Shown: positions 36,914 through 48,444 of the stretch, piece by piece
Numbering within the stretch: the first letter of the stretch is position 1
Layout: the number at the start of each line of letters is the position of its first letter
Source of the DNA: Octopus sinensis
Lineage: Eukaryota
Reading direction: 5' to 3'
DNA: 64,000 bases
NCBI RefSeq assembly: GCF_006345805.1
Contig: NC_043002.1
Coordinates: forward strand, 78,678,001 to 78,742,000
Made by a program: the position numbers and the translations under genes
Notes under the pieces: generated by a model
Told to the model about the DNA's origin: nothing
Seen by the model: the letters and a program-made list of their open reading frames with translations, nothing else
Databases searched by the model: none

Positions 36914-39303
36914 TATTATTATTATTTATTGATTTGCACAGCTTCTAACACTGGAGATGTACTACAGTGTCAGCTGTTCACTACTAGTGAACTAAGGTAA
37001 CACCTCTTATTTTTCGAGCACCTTCCGGATTATTCAAGCGGTTCCAAGCAGTGCTGTTTTCTGCAAGTGCTCCACCTTTATTGCAGCCCCTTTTTTGTTC
37101 CATTTACTTCTCAAGATTTTTTCTCACTGTTCCCAGGACTCCGACAATTATTGGTACTACTGCTACCTTTTCCATCGACCACAACTGCTTAACTTCCCAA
37201 GCTAACATGTCATATCTCTCGACTTTTCTTTCTTCCTTATCGCATAACTTGTTGTCAGCTGAGCATGCTATTTCTATGATCCGGCATAGTTTGTTTACTT
37301 CCTCAATTAAGACTATGTCCGGCTTCCTATTCTCAATCTCATGGTTGTACTGAATCATAAAATCCCATAGGATCTTTGCATTTCTATTTTCAACAATGCC
37401 TTCAGGTTTGGTGTGATACCAATTTTTTGCTCTGTCAAGTCCATACTTGAATATTATTATTATCATTAGCAGCTTCTTTCAGTTCTGTGTCCATTTCTTG
37501 CTGAGTGTCTTCCTGACACCTAAGGCAGAGAAATGTACTGTATAAATTGGTAGGCCATTAAAACAAACACACCAGATTGTTCATTTACAGAGTCATGTGA
37601 CAGAGAAAAAGGAGATGACAGAGAGAAAAAAATAGAAAAGTAAACAAATAAAATAAAGGGGGAAAAGGAAAGAAAATTCACAGCGACAATGCTCTTCTCA
37701 ATATGTGTGATGTACCAGTTAAAACAATCTTTTGCACTTCCTGCATGGATGGTAAGCCAGGATTCATTCTTAAATAATTTTCAGTTCCTTTGTTGATCAT
37801 TCCAAGTGCTCCCATAATCACTGGTATTGTAACCGTCTTGAGGTGCCACATCTTTTTGATTTCAGTTAGCAAATCCTCACATTTTCTGAGTTTATCAAAT
37901 TCTTTTGCCGAGATATTATGGCCACGGAGTATGCTCATGTCAATCAATAAACAGACTTTATTGCTTTTGTCTTTCACAACAACATCTGGTTTATTTGCCC
38001 TGATGGTCCGGCTTGTACGTATTATCATCATCATCATCATCATCAACATTATTATTATTAAGTTTTTAAATATTGTATCATTAAAATCTCATACGGAGAA
38101 AAGAAAAACAAAATTGTTTTGCATATAGAAAAGTTACACTTTGTTGATTGAATATAAACAAGTTATTTTTGATGAAACCAAGAATTTGGGCAACACCTTA
38201 TATGATTGTTATCAGGGATGATTCTATATATCTTGAAAGAAGTTAAAGTATCTCAATTACTCAACTATACACATTTACATACATTCTTGCACTGTAATGC
38301 CAGTTTTTTTTCCTCTTTAAATTCTTTTATCATTGAAGTGATTTTACACATTATGACTAATTTTGGTAAAACAGCATCAAAACATAATTTCTCACATTTT
38401 GTAAAATTTATTCCAGTGAGTTGGTAAAATTGTTAGAATGTAAGCATTTGTTAAAGCTCTTTACATTCTGAGTTCAAATCTCACCAAGATCAATTTTGCT
38501 TTCATCATTTCTGGTTTACTCTTTTTACTCTTTTACTTGTTTCAGTCATTTGACTGTGGCCATGCTGGAGCACCGCCTTTAGTCGAGCAAATCGACCCCA
38601 GGACTTATTCTTTGTAAGCCTAGTACTTATTCTATCGGTCCCTTTTGACGAACCGCTAAGTTACGGGGACGTAAACACACCAGCATCAGTTGTCAAGCGA
38701 TGTTGGGGGAACAAACACAGACACACAAACATATACATATACATACACATACATACATATATATATATACATATATACGACAGGCTTTTTTCGGTTTCCG
38801 TCTACCAAATCCATTCATAAGGATTTGGTTGGCCCGAGGCTATAGTAGAAGACACTTGCCCAAGGTGCCACGCAGTGGAACTGAACCTGGAACCATGCGG
38901 TTCGTAAGCAAGCTACTTACCACACAGCCACTCCTTTGGTAAAAGAAAAAATATCAATTAAGGGTGGTAAGCAGATACCTTGCAATATTTGTTGTGGTAC
39001 ATTGCATTATGAGTTCAAATTCTACCATGGCCAACTTAGGTTGTGAACTTAATTCATTCGTCACTTAACACCATCATCTAGGACCTTGGGTACCTTTTGT
39101 AGAGTCCCCTATGTTGCAAGCATTTTGACCAGGTCTTCAATTTGAGTATCCTTTCATTCCTCTCTTTCTCAGAGGTTCTGTATATAATCAAATACTCTAC
39201 CTTCCATCCTAAATAAAAAAAAATTAAAAAAAGCAAATAAACATACAAAATGTGCAATTTGGTTTATCAAGCCACCACTTCCAAGCAATACACACACGCC
39301 CAC

Positions 39304-39346
<43 letters not shown>

Positions 39347-39780
39347 ACACACACACACACACTATATGTTAATATGTATATGAATGTATATTTTTTTCTG
39401 TCTTATTACCTCCTGTCACCAATTTTCAAATCTACTGATGAAACCTGATTTCCTCATCACTTGGACCATTACTCCCACTATATACATTCTCCCCCACTCC
39501 GCAACCACCACCACCACCACCACCACTACCACTACCATTGCTGCCACTAACACTTATTGCCTCTCTTTCCTTTTGTCATATTTTTCACTCTTATATTTAC
39601 TTTTTTCATTCTCTCCACTCTCACTAATAAACAAGCTTATCTCTCTCCAGCTAAGGGTTTTGTCTAAAACATGACCTCTCTTCTTACTCATGACATAAAA
39701 CCTATTTCATTGTTCGAACATTTTGTTTTACTATTTGTTTTATACAGAACATAGCTATTTTCCTTGATTCTATGATTTTA

Positions 39781-39811
<31 letters not shown>

Positions 39812-39995
39812 AGTTCAGCAAAATTTATATTCAAATGAATATGGTACTTAAGTTAAATGCACCAGAATTTTGTATGGTGTTATCCATATAAATCGATGGG
39901 GTGATTATAATCAATTCTTGTTGCTTATTTTGATTATATATATATATATTTATTATATTTATGTATGTATATATGTATGTGTGTATGTATGTTTA

Positions 39996-40062
<67 letters not shown>

Positions 40063-43000
40063 GTATTATCCGAATTGTACAGCATTTTGTATCCATTATG
40101 ACTGATCTTACCAATCGGTTTCACGCTAAGAGTATGACAGAGTGTTAGGTAACAAACTGATTATGTCATCCTACACTCATCAGGGCTGGCTGATATGGAA
40201 TGAAATATGGCTACCTCTGATGAGTGTAGGGTTATTATAATTGGATTGTTACCTAACACTCCATCATATCCCCAGTGCAAAACAGATATATGAGTGCACC
40301 TTTTTCCTGACTTATGGACTTTAGGACGACTCATATATATATATGTATTTACACACTCAAATACATATACTCACAAACATAATATACACTCTTAATGATT
40401 TAGAAATTTAGCTTTAGCTTTTGCAAAACATTATAGATTGTAAATATAATTTGTTCTTTTTTTCTTTGTCTTTCTAGCTGGAATCGTCTACCAATGGCTT
40501 AGTAAAACGAGCTGAAGTACAGGATGCTGATACTCAAGTGAACATCTACTTTGAACAGGTATACTTCTTAAATTGGCTTCACTCAACAATTTTTTTCTGG
40601 CTAAGGGAAATCATAAGTTGGGTGTAACATTTGTGTAATGTTGTTTCTGTTAAGCTGATCATGTGGGCAAACTCATGTATACAGATCAAATTTAGCTGCA
40701 TGCAAAGAATTAAATGTATATGTTCAAAGCAGATACAGAGTTGGTTGACTCACAGTAAATAAATGGCAAAATTTAGGGCTATGTTAATCATGCTGCAGTA
40801 TGTAGGTAGTTGAGTTGATAAGGATATGATGTTTTGAGTCATCATAGCATTAGCTTTAGTTCATATCTGGGACACATAACTCTCATAAAAGCTCAAATCC
40901 TCTAAATGTAAGTTGGTCATCTCACTAAAGTAGGCAAAGTCAGAAGAATAAATTTCATGAATTCTTATTAGCTTTTGGTGCTAAGTTTTCCCCAGAAAGT
41001 ATAACTTGGAGAAGAGTGATCTTTGCTAAGATGACTAGTTTTTGCAACACTACATGAATATGAAATGCTTCAATGGAGCCTTTGTTAGTCAGTCAAGATA
41101 TGGGGTTCTTTCATCACAATACCCATGCTCTTAGTTTCAGTCTCAGATCATTTGATTCTCTCAGGCACATTGTGAAGTAAGTTAATGCTACTGATTTCTC
41201 TTGGCTTTAAGTTTCTATGCAACCAGCCTTATCATCTTGACCTCTCTCTTGTTAGTTGTGAATGTTCTGTGCCATGTAGTTTTTTATCTTACTCTTTTTC
41301 TTTTCCCCTCTAGTGCAGTCCATTTGAAAGCTGTTTTAGAATGGCATTACTTTGTTACCTGGAGTATGTGACCTGCTGGTTTTAATCTTCATTCTGTGAT
41401 AATGTCATTAAGTGGTCTTATGTCGGTTCTCTTTAGAATGCCTTCATTGCTTGTGTGGTCTTACCAGTACATTCTCAGAATCCTTCTCAAGTATGCTGCA
41501 CCAATAAGAAAAAATAAAGGAATAATATAATACCATAAAATGTTCAATAGTATTATAGACAAAGCTGTTAAAATGATGATTTATATATATATATACACCC
41601 AAAGATAAGCCCCTGTACCTGGCTTTTGTTGACATGGAGAAAGCTTTTGATAGGGTCCCCCATCCCTTATCTGGTGGTCAATGAGGAAACTGGGGATAGA
41701 TGAATGGCTGGTGAGGACTGTGCAAGCCATGTACAGAGATGCCGTAAGTAAGGTTAGGGTTGGCAACATGTACACAGAAGAATTCAAAGTAGAGGTTGGG
41801 GTCCACCAGGGTTCAGTACTCAGCCCCCTCCTATTTATCATAGTCCTCCAGGCAATTACGGAGGAATTCAAGACAGGTTGTCCCTGGGAGCTCCTCTACG
41901 CTGACGACCTTGCTCTTATTGCTGAGTCACTATCAGAGCTGGAGGAGAAGTTCCAGGTGTGGAAGGAGGGTTTAGAATCGAGGGGCCTTAGAGTCAACCT
42001 AGCTAAAACCAAAGTACTAATAAGTAGGAAGGTAGACAATCCACAAATGTCTTCAGGAAGATGGCCCTGCTCGATCTGTAGAAAAGGTGTAGGTAGAAAC
42101 TCTATAAGATGTACCCAGTGTAAGCTATGGACACATAAGAGGTGCAGCAATGTCAAAGGTAGGCTAACTGGGAAGATAGTTTTTGTATGTGGCAAATGCT
42201 CTGGAGCATTAACCTCCGAAAATCTGCAGAAAATAACTTCCGTCACTTTCCAGGGGGAAAAACTAGAAGTAGTTGATAGCTTCCGTTATCTAGGTGACCA
42301 AGTCAGTAGTGGGGGTGGGTGCGCTGAAAGTGTAACTGCTAGAATAAGAATAGCCTGGGCAAAGTTTAGGGAGCTCTTACCTCTGCTGGTGACTAAAGGC
42401 CTCTCGCTCAGAGTAAAAGGCAGACTGTATGATGCGTGTGTACGAACAGCCATGCTACATGGCAGTGAAACATGGGCCGTGACTGCCGAGGACATGCGTA
42501 AGCTCGTGAGGAATGAAGCCAGTATGCTCCGATGGATGTGTAATGTCAGTGTACATACTCGACAGAGCGTTAGCACCTTGAGAGAAATGTTGTACCTAAG
42601 AGGCATCAGTTGTGGTGTGCAAGAGAGACGATTGCGCTGGTATGGTCATGTGGCGAGAATGGATGAAGATAGGTGTGTGAGAAAGTGCCAATCCTTAGCA
42701 GTTGAGGGAACCCGTGGAAGAGGTAGACCCAGGAAATCCTGGGACGAGGTGGTGAAGCACGACCTTTGAACTTTAGGCCTCACTGAGGAAATGACCAGCG
42801 ACCGAGACCTTTGGAAATATTCTGTACGTGAGAAGACCAGGCAGGACAAGTGAGCCCAGCCCACTTATGAATGCCTTTCCTCCCTGGACACAAAGACCTG
42901 TTGAGGCAAGCGAAGTCGATATAGAACCTCATCCGACGACAGGACACCCATGCCAACCCCTTGCTTGCGAAGACATGTTGGGACAAGCGAAATCGAATTG

Positions 43001-44883
43001 AACCAGCCAGGATCCTGGTCTGGTGGTACGTAAAAAGCACTATCCGACTCGTGGCCGATGCCAGCGCCACCTCCACTGGCTTCCGTGCCGGTGGCACGTA
43101 AAATACACCATCTGACCGTACGACAGGCACCCATGCCAACCCCCTTGCTTGCGAAGACATGTGGGGCAAGCGAAATCGAATTGAACCAGCCAGGATCCCT
43201 GGTCTGGTGGTACGTAAAAAGCACTATCCGACTCGTGGCCGATGCCAGCCCCACCTCCACTGGCTTCCGTGCCGTGGCACGTAAAATACACCAATCTGAC
43301 CGTACGACAGCACCCATGCCAACCCCCTTGCTTGCGAAGACATGTTGGGGCAAGCGAAATCGAATTGAACCAGCCAGGATCCCTGGTCTGGTGGTACGTA
43401 AAAAGCACTATCCGACTCGTGGCCGATGCCAGCGCCACCTCCACTGGCTTCCGTGCCGGTGGCACGTAAAATACACCAATCTGACCGTACGACAGGCACC
43501 CATGCCAACCCCTTGCTTGCGAAGACATGTTGGGGCAAGCGAAATCGAATGGAACAGCCAGGATCCCTGGTCTGGTGGTACGTAAAAAGCACTATCCGAC
43601 TCGTGGCGATGCCTCCACTGGCTTCCGTGCCGGTGGCATGTAAAATACACCAATCTGACCGTACGACAGGCACCCATGCCAACCCCCTTGCTTGCGAAGA
43701 CATGTTGGGGCAAGCGAAATCGAAATCGAATTGAACCAGCCAGGATCCTGGTCTGGTGGTACGTAAAAAGCACTATCCGACTCGTGGCCGATGCCAGCAC
43801 CCCCTCGTTTGGCTTCCGTGCAGGTGGCACATAAAATACACCAATCCGACCGTGGCCGTTGCCAGCCTCGCCTGGCACCTGTGCAGGTGGCACGTAAAAA
43901 GCACCCACTACACTCACGGAGTGGTTGGCGTTAGGAAGGGCATCCAGCTGTAGAAACACTGCCAGATAAGACTGGAGCCTGGTGCAGCCTTCTGGCTTTC
44001 CAGATCCCCGGTCGAACCGTCCAACCCATGCTAGCATGGAGAACGGACGTTTAAACGATGATGATGATGATGATGACACACACATACATTTGATTAGGTG
44101 TATTAATGAAAGAAAGTAGCCCTTTGTACAATTAGTTGGAGTTGTAAGTATCTAATAACAAGCTGATTCAGTTCCACATTACTTAAAGTTTCATAGCCAG
44201 ATGGATATATCTACATCCTCCAATGTACAGAGTCAGAGTGAAGAGAAATTTTGGAAAATTGGAAAGAAGGCTCCTAGAATATTCATGTCTCTCTTGGTTT
44301 GTTCAGGTCATGTGTGTTTGTATATATATATATGTGTGTGTGTGTATATATATATATGGCTTTAATCAATCCATTGCTACAATAGAAGACTCTTGTCCTG
44401 GGTTCTGTGCTGTTCAATGAAAGCTAGAACCATTATGGCCAAGAAGCAAACTTCTTAACTACACAACTATTTCTGCACCATAGTGTTGCTTTAATAAAAT
44501 TTTTGAAGTAAGTATTATTATGTAATTTAACTCAGATGAGGGTGGATTAAAAGCAAAAACAGTAAAAATAAAACAATTGTAAATGGAAGAAATTCTTAAA
44601 TGGTTGATTGTTGTAGCTTATGTTTTGATAGAATTTTTATTTATTTGTAGCTACCAGCTAGAGAGGAGACATTTTCTTTCCAAGTTGTCCAAAATATAGT
44701 TCTTGAAGAGACAAAGCCAGCGACCTCTGTACTGTATTATTATTACGAAAAACGTAAGTCATAGATTATTCATTGAGACTTGTTTCTTGAACATCTATCA
44801 TATTTTGTCATTATATTTGAAATGTTCCTTGATTTTGAAAGCTTGTTTCTGTCTTTCCACACAGAATTATGTATGTGTATGTG

Positions 44884-44915
<32 letters not shown>

Positions 44916-47900
44916 CATTATATGACTTTAACTTCAGCATTGTAGGCTGAGATCAAAAGCCTACATGTCAAAGATGTATACTCTGCAAGCTGCAGTGAAG
45001 GAAGCTCATCTTGGAGAGAAGGAATTCTGAATAAAAACTGACATGGTGTAGAGGAGATGTTTTAGTCGTGGCAGACAACCCCCCTCCAGGGCTGGTAATA
45101 CAATAAAATATGTCTAGTTTATGCTTTAAAGTGTTTGGTATTAGAGAAGGCATCTACCTTGTAAAAAAAAGAATATAAATATCATGAACTATTCCAATAT
45201 ATTGATACAATCTGTGTACATAATACTAGCACTTACCATGTTAGTGCTGTGAGAGGTAGTTAGGCAAAAGTATCTGACCATGCATGAGATCGTGACTGCT
45301 ATCAAGCAATTACTTCTTTTGAGAACTGACAACAATCATTAACCCATCCGGCACTAGAAACTCAGATACATGACTATCAATGTTGGTACAATGTAAAGTA
45401 GATCGGGTCAGATTACAGAGACGCTAGAGTGGAGGCAAGTAGATGTGTGTTGTGGGATGAGATGGAGCAGAACTTCAACCAGACTCTTCACAAGCAAAGA
45501 ACACAAGTACAAATTTTTCTTGGTAGGTAACATTGCTGGTTTAGATGAAACAGGGATACTGGTGGCAGACAGTTGGATAAATAATATAATTGAAGTAGTG
45601 AGAATCATTACACTTAGGCTAGGCCAGTAGTTGTAGGCCAAACAGTGACAACTGTTATCCCTGCTTATGATCCACAATCAGGACTCATTGATGACTGTTT
45701 TGATGAGGCTTTTCTGTAAATCACCTTGATAACAAATGATAGCAACATTATTATCTTGGCTGATGATTTCAGTAGTGCTTCAGCTTTTTTATAGATATGT
45801 TGCATAGCACCATGATGAATACTTTACATGATAGTGAGATGTAATTTTTGAATGTGTAGGATTTGTAATATGAAGGTAAGAAAAGTAGCTGGGTCTTCAG
45901 GGATGGTCACTGAGATACTGAAAATATCTACCAAAATAGAATACACACTTGATTCACATAGTGATTCAGGGAAAAGAAGGAAGTGTTATAAACCAATGTA
46001 TATGGTTTACATACCTGTTTTCATTCAATGTAAAATCTATTATGGCAAGAGACTTCCTAACTCTTACAAATAAAAAGTTCCTTCCTTGCTATAGATATAA
46101 AAATATGTTTAACAGACATAACATTAAAATCAGCTATAGTTGCATGAACACATAATAGGAAAATTTAAATAAAGATTTGATGGTTATACATCCCTTTTAA
46201 ACACACTGATGAAAAGCAATAAAATTGGGTAACTACATTTAGAAATTAAAAGGCTTAGGAATACACAGTATCAATTGGCAAATTTTGGAGAGATTCAGAC
46301 TGTACCAACTTGGAAGTAAACTATTTGTATACACATATACATTCATACACCCATGTTATACTGGATATGTAGTTGTGTTTGTGAGTGTGTATGTGCACAT
46401 ATCTAATATTTTATTTATTTATAAAATTAATTAGAAAATTAATTAAAATTTTGTTTTTTATTTCTTGTAGAAATTCGTACTGCTTATGTATTTAACCTGA
46501 CAACAAGATGTGGTAAGGATAAACCAACCAGTGGCCATGAAAGTAGGTTTATGAGAATATTGAAAGAGTATTCTCTTGAAATACTTTTTTGTCAATTTTA
46601 TAAGAATTTTCTTGTGTAAGAGGTCTTTGTACTTTCTCTTTATTTTATTCACCTTCCTTTTTCTATCAATGTTTCTCTAGGACTTTGTAAGAGTGTATGT
46701 TTGAATGTTTCCCCTCTTTCTCCTTTTTCCTTCCCTCTTGAGATTTCATGTCAAATATGTGTGTGTATGTATGTGTGTGCATATATGTAAGGCATTATGA
46801 AGGGCATCCAGCTGTAGAAACCAATCCACATTTGATTGGAACTGCTGCAGCTCGTCAGCTTGCTAGCTTTGGTCAAACCGTCAAACCCATACCATCATGG
46901 ACAATGGATGATAAATGATGATGATGATATGTACAGTAGAAAGAAAGAATGAACAGGCAAACAATTGGTATCAATTAAGAACATGGAGTTTATATAGTTA
47001 AACATAATTGCAGAGCTGTTACAACAGAGTTGTTAGAATTGAGTGTATCGTAGAAATAAAGGAGTTAGAAGGCGTGAAATAGTCTCTTACACCTATTTAT
47101 AAAATAGATGTGCCTTTGATGCATTTCTAAGCCAACAAAGATAAGCCTTCCATATATTAGCGGATTAGCCATCTTGAGAGAGGGAAAAAGATAAAAGGTG
47201 GCTGAACTGGCCTACCTAAACAGAAGTTTGGGGGAGAAGCAGGCATCATACTGGCAAAAAGCAATGTTAGAAGAAACAACAGCATTGACAGGAAGAGTAG
47301 CCTCTCCTAGGCCTGTGATAAATACATTACATCCTACCTAGAAGGACATTCCTTCACTATCCATGAACAGAAGATAGCTACTAATTACCTGGTCAACCAT
47401 CTTTATTTGGTTGACTATCATGCATAAGCATTTATTGTATGTATGTATGTATGTATGTATGTATGTATGTATGTATGTACGTACGTATATGTGTACATAC
47501 ACACACAAACACACTACTAAAGAGTGAGTAAGGAGAGTATCAGACATAAGCACCCAAGTATTGAAGTTTCTCTGGTTTTTGCATGTATATATCTATCAAT
47601 TTACTCACAGCTAACTGAGTCTTTTCAGTATAATAAAAGAATTGACAGTTCAATTCCATCCATCCTAAAGTGTGTCTGTGAGTGGAACATTTGAACATCC
47701 TGTGTTATTGATTATTGATTGCAATGGGTTAGTTCCTTGTGTTTCGTGGAAAAGAGATTTTGTTCTGAAGTCTTGGTGATATAGGCTATTTGATATGAAA
47801 CACATAGACAATATATAAGATTGATATGAGGAAACCACGGACCAGCTTCTTCAGATCTTATATATTGCCTGTAGTCTAATTCTTGTAATTCTCACTGTTT

Positions 47901-48411
47901 AATATCAATGAAGAATTAGCAAGATCTGTGCACAGTTACAGCTGGTAATAAGTTGAGTGACAAGTTTAGAGCACAGGTAGGGCTTCACTAATACTCTGTC
48001 TTCAACACTTCTTATCCATGAAAACCCTTTGCTGTTATATAATACAAGTATTTAGATTAGGAGCTTCGTTTCATAACTTCCTTTCATACTAGAATACTAC
48101 TATATAAAGATTCTTTAATTCATTTTAGTTAAAATATTCATAGGTTAGCAATACATGCCAGTTAGATAAGATATACTCTTTTATTCTTTACTCTTTTACT
48201 TGTTTCAGTCATTTGACTGCAGCCATGCTGGAGCACCACCTTTATAGTCGAGCAAATTGACCCCAGAGCTTATTCTTTGTAAGCCTAGTACTTATTTTAT
48301 CGGTCTCTTTTGCCAAACTGCTAAGTTACGGGAACGTAAACACACCAGCATCGGTTGTCAAGTGATGCTGGGGAACAAACAGACGCACAAACATATACAC
48401 ACACACACACA

Positions 48412-48444
<33 letters not shown>

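Noticed and set aside
46930-47330. Solo LTR (TGTACA...TTACA)
   Set aside because: No target-site duplication and no second copy.
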